The translations under genes and the position numbers were made by a program. Of a stretch of 64,000 nucleotides of DNA, positions 20,556 to 29,828 are shown piece by piece. The stretch lies in assembly GCA_030592645.1 (NCBI GenBank), contig JAUVIR010000004.1, forward strand, positions 1,036 through 65,035, written 5' to 3'. Origin of the DNA: Candidatus Fermentibacterota bacterium. GTDB taxonomy: Bacteria > Fermentibacterota > Fermentibacteria > Fermentibacterales > JCC-6. The notes below the pieces were generated by a model. It saw only the letters and a program-made list of their open reading frames with translations, made no database searches and was not told the origin of the DNA. Position 1 is the stretch's first letter; the number at the start of each line of letters is the position of its first letter.

Positions 20556-21856
20556 CTGTAACCGCCAGAAAATACGCTCTTCTTAACCGAATTTCACCCG
20601 GAATACGTCAGCTGGCGGGACTGTACCTTCTCGAACTCGCCGTAATCTTTTCCTGGACACTGCTTCTGGATACCGTCCTGAATCTGCTTTCGGGAAATTG
20701 GTTTACTTTGCTGCCGGTCAGTTACTTTCTTGCTGTGACCATGCTGGCATGGCTGGAACACTCCCGGACAGGAGTAAGGGGACAGTGCCCCCTTGAGGCA
20801 GTCGGTCTTGCCGAGATCAGCCTGAACGGCTCAAGACCTACAGAGTGGCAGACTTTGAGAAGGCTTCTTTTCACCCCTCCGCTTCTGTTCATTTTCTGTA
20901 TTGGTCTGATACCGGTACCTCGAACAGGTAAGACGATTCTACAGATGATCTCAGGCTCAATGATAGTACCCCTGGATATCGATATGGACCCCCGGCCCGA
21001 TAATGAGATATTCAGGTGCAGAAGAAAAGCTCTGATGAAAGTAATATCCTACTCCATGGTTTCCCTGATGGTTGCAGCTGTTATGATCCTTGTACCTCCG
21101 GAACTCTCAAGAGGTGAAACCGCGGAACGGGTCACTTCTCTTCACAGCCTGCCTGAGGAAGACAGAGAGCTTCTTGCCACGTATCTTGAAATGAGAGCGA
21201 TATATCCAGACAGTCTCGAATTCCGTGTAAGGCTGGCAAGCCTCTACTACAGAAATAATATGGAAGAGGATTTGCTGCTTGAGCTGCAGCAGATAAGAAG
21301 ACTTGATCCGGATCATTCCATTCTTCTGCTTGAGCAGGACATCTCGGTCACAATGGAGGATCTCATGATCGTGCGTGATACCACTTTCTCTGATTCCATG
21401 CAGGTCACAGTTCCCGAAGAGCCAGAGCCCCCTGCCGAGGATACCGCAGCGCAGGACACAGTCGCTCTTCTGCCTGATTCGGTATCACTCGACCTCAGGC
21501 CGGTATCTTCCGATTCTATTACATTGCCTGTGGATTCCATGCAGGCGATCGATTCAACGGGGATAGAGAGCCCGTTCGAGCAGGATTCCCTGATCCTGCC
21601 GACTACCACGGACAGTTTGCCCGAAACGGAAATTCTCGAAAGCATCGTTCCTGAAGACACATCCGCTGTTGCAGGCCCGGACAGCACGGAATCAGCAGGA
21701 GATGTGGAATACGGTGAACCTCCTGAAGCAATAGAAGAAACACTTCCTGAAGAAACACTTCCAGATGAAACGCTTCCAGATGAAACGCTTCCAGATGAAA
21801 CGCTTCCCCCGGAAACACTCCCTCCTGATCCACAGCCTGAATCTGAAGGGACTTAA
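20552..21856 (+). CDS. Membrane protein, RDD-like N-terminus, TPR-like segment and acidic Pro-rich tail
   Basis: Hydrophobic segments with a degenerate RDD pattern; ETLP repeats at the C-terminus; ATGA-coupled to queA. Confidence 0.65.
   Translation: MTVTARKYALLNRISPGIRQLAGLYLLELAVIFSWTLLLDTVLNLLSGNWFTLLPVSYFLAVTMLAWLEHSRTGVRGQCPLEAVGLAEISLNGSRPTEWQTLRRLLFTPPLLFIFCIGLIPVPRTGKTILQMISGSMIVPLDIDMDPRPDNEIFRCRRKALMKVISYSMVSLMVAAVMILVPPELSRGETAERVTSLHSLPEEDRELLATYLEMRAIYPDSLEFRVRLASLYYRNNMEEDLLLELQQIRRLDPDHSILLLEQDISVTMEDLMIVRDTTFSDSMQVTVPEEPEPPAEDTAAQDTVALLPDSVSLDLRPVSSDSITLPVDSMQAIDSTGIESPFEQDSLILPTTTDSLPETEILESIVPEDTSAVAGPDSTESAGDVEYGEPPEAIEETLPEETLPDETLPDETLPDETLPPETLPPDPQPESEGT
21734..21823 (+). 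repeat. Coding tandem repeat, 6 x 15 bp ((E/D/P)ETLP)
   Basis: gaagaaacacttcct / gatgaaacgcttcca type units read directly from the sequence. Confidence 0.92.
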
Positions 21857-21859
21857 CCT

Positions 21860-22978
21860 ATTCCTTCCTTCAATCTCCTCGGAAAGTCAGGGAAAGCCCG
21901 AAGAGGATTATTGAGTCTTGCCCACGGAGTGGTTGAGACCCCTGTATTCATGCCGGTGGGCACCCAGGCAAGCGTGAAAACCGTAAGGAATTCCGACCTT
22001 CTCGAGGATAACTGGCAGATAATTCTCAGCAATACCTACCATCTCTACCTCAGACCGGGCGCTGCGGTAATCGCTGAAGCCGGCGGTCTTCACAAATTCA
22101 TGTCATGGGACGGAAATATCCTCACCGACAGCGGGGGATTCCAGCTGTTCAGCCTGTCAAAACTGAGAAAACGTTCCGAAGAGGGGTACCATTTCCAGTC
22201 GCATATCGATGGTTCAAGTCATCTTCTTACTCCGGAGAAGGTCATAGAACTCCAGACAGTATTCGGAAGCGATATAATGATGGTTCTTGATGAGTGTCTG
22301 GAGCAGCCCAGCGATCGTGAACGGACGGAAGAATCTCTGGGTATTACCCTCAGATGGGCAGAGCGGGCCAGGAGAATGCATACCGGTGGCTCACAGGCTC
22401 TATTCGGTATCGTACAGGGCGGAGCGTACCCCGATCTCAGAAGAAAGTCCGCAGAGGTTCTAGCCGGAATGGAATTCGACGGGTACGCCATAGGAGGAGT
22501 GTCCGTTGGCGAGCCTCGAAACCTGATGATGAGGGCGGTCAGATCCTGTATTGACTATCTCCCGGAGAACAGACCAAGATACCTGATGGGAGTTGGGAAA
22601 CCGGAGGATCTCGTCGATTTTGTCGCTCTCGGCGTGGATATGTTCGACTGTGTTGTCCCCACCCGCAATGCCAGGGGCGGAGCCTTCTTCGTTCCGGGGG
22701 GTCATATCAACATACGGAACGCCCGTTTCAGAAATGATGCTGCTCCGGTCCAGCCGGGATGCCGCTGCTACGCCTGCAGCACCTATTCCAGGTCCTACAT
22801 CAGGCATCTTTTCAATGCGAAGGAATGGCTCGCGCCCATTCTGGCGACACTGCACAATCTCCACTATTTCTCCGTGCTCATGGGGAAGATAAGGATGGCA
22901 GTCGAGGAACGCCGCTTCACCACCTTTCGCAGGGAATGGCACAGGAGACGGCGGAGTTTCGATCCGGGAAATTTCTGA
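21860..22978 (+). CDS. tgt: tRNA-guanine(34) transglycosylase, bacterial preQ1 type
   Basis: TPVFMPVGT, DSGGFQ, LDEC, GGVSVGE, DCVVPTR, CRCYAC zinc site. The conserved KARRG N-terminus precedes the track start 21911, so an ATT start is proposed. Confidence 0.96.
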   Translation: MPSFNLLGKSGKARRGLLSLAHGVVETPVFMPVGTQASVKTVRNSDLLEDNWQIILSNTYHLYLRPGAAVIAEAGGLHKFMSWDGNILTDSGGFQLFSLSKLRKRSEEGYHFQSHIDGSSHLLTPEKVIELQTVFGSDIMMVLDECLEQPSDRERTEESLGITLRWAERARRMHTGGSQALFGIVQGGAYPDLRRKSAEVLAGMEFDGYAIGGVSVGEPRNLMMRAVRSCIDYLPENRPRYLMGVGKPEDLVDFVALGVDMFDCVVPTRNARGGAFFVPGGHINIRNARFRNDAAPVQPGCRCYACSTYSRSYIRHLFNAKEWLAPILATLHNLHYFSVLMGKIRMAVEERRFTTFRREWHRRRRSFDPGNF

Positions 22979-24231
22979 TGAACACCTCGAGCGAAGAAAT
23001 CACCGCTACGATAACTGCACTTGGCAACAGGGTAGGGGGAATTTCAGCAAGCCCGGGCCGCAGGACCGTGTTCGTCCGTGGAGCACTCCCGGGAGAAACA
23101 GTCAGATGCAGACCGAACAGGATCAGGAAGAACATTATAGAAGCGGAGCTGCTGGAGATCCTTGAGAGATCAACCTATAGAAGCGACCCTTTCTGCAGCT
23201 GTTTCGGTGAGTGCGGGGGCTGTTCCCTTCAGAACCTGACCTATTCAAGACAGCTCTTCTGGAAGCGGAACTGGGTAGAGAAGGCACTTGCGAGAGCCTC
23301 TATAGAATACCCTGTTGAATTCATGAAAGATGTGATACCATCACCGGAGAAGGCGGGCTACAGGAACCGTGTTTCCTTTGATATTCTGAACGGGAAACCG
23401 GGACTTCACCGCCTCGGGGGAGACATCATGAATGTCGATGGCTGCCCACTGCTCAACGTTCGAGGACAGAAGGCATTTGAAACACTTGCCGGGAAGCAGC
23501 TTGACGGCAATAGAAGGGTATCTGTAAGAGCATCCGGACGAACCGGGGAAGCGATGCTCGAGTTTTCATCCTCACCGCCTGCCCGAATAACAGGCGACCG
23601 TGATTCAGACATTATCGCATGGAAAGAGAGGGACAGCTGGAAGGTCTCTCCGGAAGGGTCGCTGTTCCACGAAACAGCCGGCGGCTTTACCTACCCGGTA
23701 AGACCTGGAACGTTCTTCCAGGTGAATACCGATTGCGCTGACATTATCATCTCCATTGTGACAGGTCTATGCTGCGGAGGCGGGAAAATTCTGGATCTTT
23801 ACGGAGGCTGCGGAACGCTCAGCCTGCCTCTGGCCTCAAAGGGCGCGAAAGTAACCTCCGTCGAGCTTGATCCTGATTCAACCCTGTCCGGAATTGAAGC
23901 TGCCGGACGTTCAGGAACGGAAGGGATTGATTTTGTAACCTGCAGAACGAGGCATTTCCTTCTGGATACTGTACGGGAGAAAGAGATATGGGACACTGTT
24001 ATCGTCGATCCCCCGCGGGCAGGACTGGGTATCAGGGTAGCGCGGCTTCTGAGAAGGGTCAGATCGGAGAGAATCGTTTATGTAAGCTGCAACCCATTCT
24101 CACTCGCTCGGGACCTCAGAGTTATTTGTGAACGCAACTGGGCTGTTGCGGGTTTGCAGCCTGTTGATATGTTTCCACAGACGGATCATCTGGAGACGGT
24201 TGTGATCCTCCGGAGGAAGGAAGATAAATGA
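22978..24231 (+). CDS. rlmD: 23S rRNA m5U methyltransferase, RlmD/TrmA family (TRAM domain + Fe-S motif)
   Basis: C-x5-CGGC, FFQVN, VDPPRAG, YVSCNP, DMFPQT; ATG overlaps the tgt stop. Confidence 0.85.
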   Translation: MNTSSEEITATITALGNRVGGISASPGRRTVFVRGALPGETVRCRPNRIRKNIIEAELLEILERSTYRSDPFCSCFGECGGCSLQNLTYSRQLFWKRNWVEKALARASIEYPVEFMKDVIPSPEKAGYRNRVSFDILNGKPGLHRLGGDIMNVDGCPLLNVRGQKAFETLAGKQLDGNRRVSVRASGRTGEAMLEFSSSPPARITGDRDSDIIAWKERDSWKVSPEGSLFHETAGGFTYPVRPGTFFQVNTDCADIIISIVTGLCCGGGKILDLYGGCGTLSLPLASKGAKVTSVELDPDSTLSGIEAAGRSGTEGIDFVTCRTRHFLLDTVREKEIWDTVIVDPPRAGLGIRVARLLRRVRSERIVYVSCNPFSLARDLRVICERNWAVAGLQPVDMFPQTDHLETVVILRRKEDK

Positions 24232-25595
24232 CGGCAGCTGTATTGGCGGCGGTATTATTAACAGGAGCGGTTGCGCAGACGGGGCTGCCCTTTGCGGATC
24301 CCCTTAACTGGTGGCGCTACATACTGGAAATAGACTATGACGGCAGTTTGTCAACCGGCTCACTTGGAAGCGTTGAGAGATTCATTGAAAGCAGAAGCGG
24401 TTCTCCAATAGAATCCCTGCAGGAAAGCCCTGCAATCTCACTGACAGGAACGATTGCCGGGGAAGTGCTTGACAATTCCGACAATTTCGAAACCAGAACC
24501 GGGGCAACAGCCAGGCTTTTCGTCGATATCCTTCCCGGGCTGTATCTTGATGAGCAGCTCTCGATCTGGACAGGTTCAGATGAGAAACCGCCCGACTACT
24601 TCTCCCCCTTCCATCAGGGTCTGGAGCATGGAAGGCACCTCTATGTGGACTGGGGGTATCTCCGCTGGAACAGTGAGATCGTTTCGCTCAGTTTCGGAAG
24701 AACTCCGCAGAGATGGGGTCCGGGCAGGTACGCTCAACTGCTGATCTCGGACAACAGCCCCCCTCTTGATATGCTGGAAGTCAAGTTCAACCTCTGGAAC
24801 ACACTGCAGTTCACCGGACTCACATCCACGATAAACAGCGACTCGGGCACTTACCTGACCGCTCACAGGCTGGATATCTCCCCGAGGGAAAACCTTCGCA
24901 TAGGCATCTCCGAGTCAATTCTCTTCAAGACGGAAGGGCTGGACTTCGCGTATATGAATCCTGTCATTCCCTGGTACCCGGTGCAGTGGAACGAACGGCT
25001 GGATGACAACGCTTTCTTCAGCTTCGACGTATCATGGAAACCTTTCAGAGGCATTGAAACTTACGGTGAGCTCCTTATAGACGATATCCAGTACGAGAAC
25101 ACCGGCGACAGACCCAACAAGCTCGGCTGGACGGCGGGACTGTCCGCCTACATCAGGGAGCTTGATCTGGGAACCGTGATAGAGTACACCAGGATTGACA
25201 GATACGTTTACGGCCAGCGGAGACCATGCAATTTCTACCTTCATCATGGAGAGATAATCGGCGCGGGTCTTGGGCCTGACGCTGACAGGATAACGCTTTC
25301 CCTTGGAACATCGGCCGCCTGGCCGGTCCTGGGAGAGATTACTCTGGACCACACAAGACATGGAGAGGGAACGGTTACGGAAGGATGGCCGGACTCGGCT
25401 TCCACCGGAGGCACCTTCCCTTCAGGAACGATTGAATACACTACAGGGGCAGAGCTGCACCTGGGATGGTATCCTCTGGATTTTCTTGAAGTGCATGGAA
25501 ACGTCGGGAATTTATGGATGAGGAACGAAGGTCATGTTCCTGGAGAATCTTCTTCGGAATTCTCATCGTTCCTTGAAGTCATCTGGTCCTGGTAG
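24228..25595 (+). CDS. Capsule assembly Wzi-family outer-membrane protein
   Basis: Signal peptide, GRTPQRWGPG, LLISDN, YGELLIDD, GPDAD, aromatic C-terminus. Confidence 0.75.
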   Translation: MTAAVLAAVLLTGAVAQTGLPFADPLNWWRYILEIDYDGSLSTGSLGSVERFIESRSGSPIESLQESPAISLTGTIAGEVLDNSDNFETRTGATARLFVDILPGLYLDEQLSIWTGSDEKPPDYFSPFHQGLEHGRHLYVDWGYLRWNSEIVSLSFGRTPQRWGPGRYAQLLISDNSPPLDMLEVKFNLWNTLQFTGLTSTINSDSGTYLTAHRLDISPRENLRIGISESILFKTEGLDFAYMNPVIPWYPVQWNERLDDNAFFSFDVSWKPFRGIETYGELLIDDIQYENTGDRPNKLGWTAGLSAYIRELDLGTVIEYTRIDRYVYGQRRPCNFYLHHGEIIGAGLGPDADRITLSLGTSAAWPVLGEITLDHTRHGEGTVTEGWPDSASTGGTFPSGTIEYTTGAELHLGWYPLDFLEVHGNVGNLWMRNEGHVPGESSSEFSSFLEVIWSW

Positions 25596-25616
25596 GGGGA
25601 CGCTGGTAGGGGGACG
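25589..25616. repeat. 14-bp tandem direct repeat (ctggtagggggacg x2)
   Basis: Exact duplication spanning the wzi stop codon. Confidence 0.9.
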
Positions 25617-25675
25617 TACCACACTTCTTCAACTTATGGGTTATTTAGCATATACTAATAGAGCAATAAATTGAT

Positions 25676-26134
25676 TTATGGCAGTGGATTGCCGTATATT
25701 CCCGGCGAACTGCCTTCGATGATCCTGGCATCGCAGATTCTCTGAAAGAATTCAATGGGACCCGCATCACCTATGACGGCGTAGCCGTAACCAGCTTCTC
25801 TCATGCTGTGCAGCGCTGCTATCACAACTGCCTGCCCAACACCTTTTCCGCGAAAGTTATCATGAACGCCTATGGGTCCTAGAAACCCCTTTGCGGTACA
25901 GTCCCAGCAGCAGAAACCGGCAAACCTGCCGGATTCCCTCTCCACTGCAACTGTTATTTTAGGCGGCAGGGAACCGAACGAGACAGAGGCTTCCGCCTTC
26001 CAGGCCACGCTGAAGTTATCACCGATGAACGAAAGCACAGAGGGTGACTGGTGAGGGAGCGGTTTTCCCACCCACAAACCTTCCTGTTCACGGGCAACAG
26101 GAAGATCGTAAAGCGGAACCAGGAGATCAGGCAA
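25676..26134 (-). CDS. GNAT family N-acetyltransferase
   Basis: GPIGV..RGKGVG acetyl-CoA motif and GYGYAVIG; TTG start (MPDLLVPLY) with GGAG SD avoids overlap with the upstream gene. Confidence 0.85.
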   Translation of the reverse strand: MPDLLVPLYDLPVAREQEGLWVGKPLPHQSPSVLSFIGDNFSVAWKAEASVSFGSLPPKITVAVERESGRFAGFCCWDCTAKGFLGPIGVHDNFRGKGVGQAVVIAALHSMREAGYGYAVIGDAGPIEFFQRICDARIIEGSSPGIYGNPLP

Positions 26135-26135
26135 G

Positions 26136-27302
26136 TCAGCCGGCTCCCCCGGAAAGCAGTATCTCTCTGAGGAACAGGATACTGTCATTTCCGGTAATCG
26201 TTGATACAACACTGAGAATCACCCATAGAGTTAGAAGAACCATAACGATAGCTTTGCAGGCATCCTGACCCTTCAGGGCACCTATCTGCTTGGGTTCCCG
26301 CCCGAGGTAGGCGCTTGCGGCGTACAGTTCCTCTCCAATAAGAGTGTAATCACATGTTGTAATGAAGAAAGGAAGCTGGGTCACGGCATCGGTACCAGCG
26401 ATCTGGATGGCCCCGGAAAGTGAGCCTGTTTCGGCTAAAAGAAGCGACTCTGCCCAGAACATCCCGAGGTAGAAATTGGTCGCGGGTTTTTCCCTCATCA
26501 TTATGCCGTTGACTCCCGCAACAAAGGCGAACTGACTGGTGGTGAGGAAGAAGACCGAATCCGGATCGTACGCATCAGGACGTCCGGCTTCCAGGTAACC
26601 CTGCTTCACTGTTTCAGTGACCACTGTATATACTATCGGGTCGCAGTTCGGAACTATCAAGGATGTCTGGTATTCCGCTATTTTTCTGGCTACTCTGCCA
26701 AGTATGGTCAGGCTTGCAATGGTGGCAACATCCGCAATGGTTCCGAGACCGGGAACGTATAATATGGATTTACCCATTTCTGTTGCCCTTCCAATTGCCT
26801 CGTCGATGGCCTCTATACCGGCTATGGGTCTGAGATACATCTGCTGACCCCTCTGAGCTTTTCCGAAGTAATAGAATATCAGAAGGATGAAAAGCATACC
26901 GGCGACAAAAACGGAAATTTCGCTGGTATTGAAATATTCTCCCCTGGAAACCACCGGTGAAACGAAAACCTCTCCCATCAGTGTATCTCCAGATGCTGTT
27001 ACAGTGGCCGGCATGAACATGTATTCAACTTCCGGTTCAATAATGTAATCCGGGTCGTACCCATCCACTATGAACTCACCGATATCAGGTATCAGTTCAA
27101 TCAGAACGGGTTTCCAGCAGCTGTCAGGCTGGCTGACTTCCTTTCTGTAGATCAACAATGAAAAAAGATCGTCTGTACTTTCGGGCATAGCGAGGTAAAT
27201 ATGCAATCCGTCGCCGGCATCATTGGGTCTGTCCTGAACATCGGTTATTTCAATCGCAGGCTGAAGCAGAGCCAGAACAACCACTAATAGAGAAATTATC
27301 AT
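26136..27302 (-). CDS. DUF6754-like membrane protein with N-terminal FN3-like domain (paralog 2)
   Basis: LRPIAGIEAIDEAIGRATEMG, SQFAF, AESLLLAE, CDYTLIGEELYAASAYL; C-terminal part nearly identical to 31500..32759. Confidence 0.8.
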   Translation of the reverse strand: MIISLLVVVLALLQPAIEITDVQDRPNDAGDGLHIYLAMPESTDDLFSLLIYRKEVSQPDSCWKPVLIELIPDIGEFIVDGYDPDYIIEPEVEYMFMPATVTASGDTLMGEVFVSPVVSRGEYFNTSEISVFVAGMLFILLIFYYFGKAQRGQQMYLRPIAGIEAIDEAIGRATEMGKSILYVPGLGTIADVATIASLTILGRVARKIAEYQTSLIVPNCDPIVYTVVTETVKQGYLEAGRPDAYDPDSVFFLTTSQFAFVAGVNGIMMREKPATNFYLGMFWAESLLLAETGSLSGAIQIAGTDAVTQLPFFITTCDYTLIGEELYAASAYLGREPKQIGALKGQDACKAIVMVLLTLWVILSVVSTITGNDSILFLREILLSGGAG

Positions 27303-27383
27303 GCTGCAGTTTCTCCTTCATTCGTAAAAAGACAGTATTTCCATGCCGTATTATGCCGACGAATAGACAGGAAAGGAAGATTG

Positions 27384-27830
27384 TCATTCCTCCAGGCGGG
27401 TACCCATGTATTTGTCTCCAATCAGCACCTTGCTCATTACCGCTATATCGCTGCGCCTGTGCCAGCCTGTCTTCTCGTAGAACTCGATTGCAGTGTTGTC
27501 CGTGTATATGAAGAGGTGAGCTTTCTCTATCCCGGCAGCCCGTAAGGCGTTTTCGGCTGCATCCATGAGCTTCCCGCCGGTTCCCTTCCCCTGCTGCGAT
27601 TCATCCACCGCCAGATGGTAGATATACCCTCTTCTTCTGTCGCTGCCGGCCATAACAGATCCAACAAGACGATCACTTTCAAATGCTGAAAAACAGTAAT
27701 CAGCATTCATGCCCAGAAATTTCTCGAAATCCTCTGAACAGTCAGCACCGGTCATGGTGTTACCGGCAAAACCGCTCCATAAGGCCAGAAGTTCCTTATA
27801 GTCGTTCTTTTTCATTGTGACTATATCCAT
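27384..27830 (-). CDS. GNAT family N-acetyltransferase (YpeA-like)
   Basis: GSDRRRGYIYHLAV, QGKGTG, AIEFYEK. Confidence 0.88.
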   Translation of the reverse strand: MDIVTMKKNDYKELLALWSGFAGNTMTGADCSEDFEKFLGMNADYCFSAFESDRLVGSVMAGSDRRRGYIYHLAVDESQQGKGTGGKLMDAAENALRAAGIEKAHLFIYTDNTAIEFYEKTGWHRRSDIAVMSKVLIGDKYMGTRLEE

Positions 27831-28922
27831 TCAGTGTGCCTTCTTGAGGAGACTTTCGTAAAGTTCGAGATATTTATCTGTTGTGATTTCAATACTGAAA
27901 GTACCGGCACGTTTCACGGCACTGGATCCCATTCTCCAGGACAGCATTTCATTTTCAAGCAGGCAGTGCAGAGCTTCTGACATTTCGGAGGGGGAAGCGG
28001 GATCAACGAGAATGCCGCAATGCTGATCCCTTCCTACTACATCACCTATTCCGGGGAGCCTCGAGGCAACGACGGGCAGACCTGAAGCCATAGCCTCGAC
28101 CGCAGCTATCCCGAAACCCTCCCTTGCAGAAGGCATGAAAAATACATCGGCCTGTTTCATCAGGGAGGATACATCACTAACTTCTCCAAGGAATCTGACA
28201 CTATCAGAAACGCCGAGTTCGATGGCATGGTTTTTCAGCATTGTCTCCTGCTTACCGCTGCCGGCAATTAAGTACTGCAGATCAAAATTACTTCTGGTGT
28301 ACAGAAGAGAGAAGGCTTCAATTGCAGTGTGATAATTCTTTGCTTCCGTCAGCCTTCCGACTGAAAGGATGGTTTTCCGGTCTGTGTACTGCGGGGAAGG
28401 TTTCCCGCTGAACTCATTCAGATCAATTCCATTGAAAATCACTTCCAGTTTACCTGATACTTCCGGAATCCAGCATGCAAGTTCGGAAGCAGCTGCGCTG
28501 CTTACACAGATGATCCCGCTGAATTGCCTATAGAACCAGCGATCTAAAAGTCTGCCGAATAGCGTTCCTCTTCTCCTGTTGGCCGTACTGTGCTCCGTCG
28601 TTACCAATTGAGCACCGATGGGCATGAATTCCCCGAACAATCCTGTCAGAAGCTGGGCTGGAAAAAGATGGGCATGAATGATATCAGCCCTGCCCGGATC
28701 AAGTTCATCTTTGAGGTCGAATAATGAGGGAAGGACGAAAGGATTGTATGGCGTGGCATAGCCAAGTGAAAACACTCCCTTGTCCGTCCATCCTCTTTCT
28801 TCCCCTGCAAGGGAAACAAGAATGCTGTCATGATCCCGCTCAAGGTATCGCTGATGGAGACCCAGGGCGAGTTTTTCGGCTCCGCCCATCTGCAGATTAT
28901 TGATTATCTGAAATATCCTCAA
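27831..28922 (-). CDS. Glycosyltransferase family 4 (GT-B)
   Basis: GGAEK, TEH, NGID, VGRL..K, EGFGIAAVEAMASGLPVV. Confidence 0.92.
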   Translation of the reverse strand: MRIFQIINNLQMGGAEKLALGLHQRYLERDHDSILVSLAGEERGWTDKGVFSLGYATPYNPFVLPSLFDLKDELDPGRADIIHAHLFPAQLLTGLFGEFMPIGAQLVTTEHSTANRRRGTLFGRLLDRWFYRQFSGIICVSSAAASELACWIPEVSGKLEVIFNGIDLNEFSGKPSPQYTDRKTILSVGRLTEAKNYHTAIEAFSLLYTRSNFDLQYLIAGSGKQETMLKNHAIELGVSDSVRFLGEVSDVSSLMKQADVFFMPSAREGFGIAAVEAMASGLPVVASRLPGIGDVVGRDQHCGILVDPASPSEMSEALHCLLENEMLSWRMGSSAVKRAGTFSIEITTDKYLELYESLLKKAH

Positions 28923-29033
28923 ACGGTTTCCCCCCCCAGAATCCAGAATGGATCAAATCGATACTGAACAGTTCATATATAAATCTATATCAGGCTGCAT
29001 GGAATGGGAAGTTCGGAAGATCTGAAAACGAAA

Positions 29034-29109
<76 letters not shown>

Positions 29110-29121
29110 ACCGGAAGAGCC

Positions 29122-29150
29122 AATTTACGAAAACAGATTCAAAAGGTCAA
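29122..29150 (-). promoter_or_regulatory. Sigma70-type promoter of tRNA-Phe
   Basis: TTGACC-N17-TAAATT, 12 nt upstream of the tRNA. Confidence 0.7.
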
Positions 29151-29155
29151 GCTGT

Positions 29156-29184
29156 AAGAAGGGGCGGGTTTTTCAACCCGCCCC
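29156..29184 (-). terminator. Intrinsic terminator after the membrane-protein operon
   Basis: 10-bp stem ggggcgggtt/aacccgcccc with a 4-nt loop, followed by TTCTT on the minus strand, 11 nt after the stop at 29196. Confidence 0.75.
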
Positions 29185-29195
29185 CGTCTTCTGCG

Positions 29196-29825
29196 CTACT
29201 CTATAAGATGCAGCCAGTCACCGAGCAGGTACTGTATTCTGCCAATGAGCAGGCTGATTCGCCCCATAACGGTAAAGCCGAAAGTAGCACCGAAACCGAC
29301 CATAATCACCCAGATACCGATTTTGGAACCCGTACCGAAGAACAATCCCTTGTGCGGCTTGGAGAAGAAGAAGTAAATAAGCGCAGCAAGGGTTCCAAGG
29401 ATCATCACTATGTTACCGGTCACCTCATACCAGGCCATGCCCGACTGGTAGAGGGGCACCATGGCACCTTCCAGCTGGCGAAGCACGTTCGCCTTCATAG
29501 TAAGCGGAAAACCAACACCCATGGCAGTTCCCATGTAGAAGCCTATGGGATATCTGGACAACCAGGATATCCGCGGGATGAACCTGGTTATATACAGGAG
29601 ACCCAGAATTCCCGGAATGAGCAGTATCCAGTGGTCACCGCTAAGGAGGGGATCGATGAGTCTTGGCTTTACGGTTATTTGATATGTAATGGCCATTCCG
29701 TAACCAGCGGATATACCAACCACGAGGTGCTCCGCAAGCCTGTAGATGGGATTCTCCTTGTAAAGGAAGGAGTAGATGGCAAGCGTGAAGAACGCGCCTA
29801 CCCAGATGCCTATAATATCATACAT
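29196..29825 (-). CDS. Uncharacterised polytopic membrane protein (DUF6754 operon subunit D)
   Basis: About 6 TM helices; YSFLYKENPIYRLAEH, YFFFS, GATFGFTVMGR. Confidence 0.85.
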   Translation of the reverse strand: MYDIIGIWVGAFFTLAIYSFLYKENPIYRLAEHLVVGISAGYGMAITYQITVKPRLIDPLLSGDHWILLIPGILGLLYITRFIPRISWLSRYPIGFYMGTAMGVGFPLTMKANVLRQLEGAMVPLYQSGMAWYEVTGNIVMILGTLAALIYFFFSKPHKGLFFGTGSKIGIWVIMVGFGATFGFTVMGRISLLIGRIQYLLGDWLHLIE

Positions 29826-29828
29826 TTC

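Noticed and set aside
21734..21823. Short repeats as a possible CRISPR array (also 57462-57623)
   Set aside because: The units are contiguous, codon-phased and inside genes, with no spacers and no cas genes.
22759..22977. Long N-terminal extension of rlmD, and similar track extensions of queA, deoC, dxr, the GNAT at 26212 and the EIIA
   Set aside because: They overlap neighbouring genes; downstream starts with an SD or stop-start coupling fit the family N-termini better.
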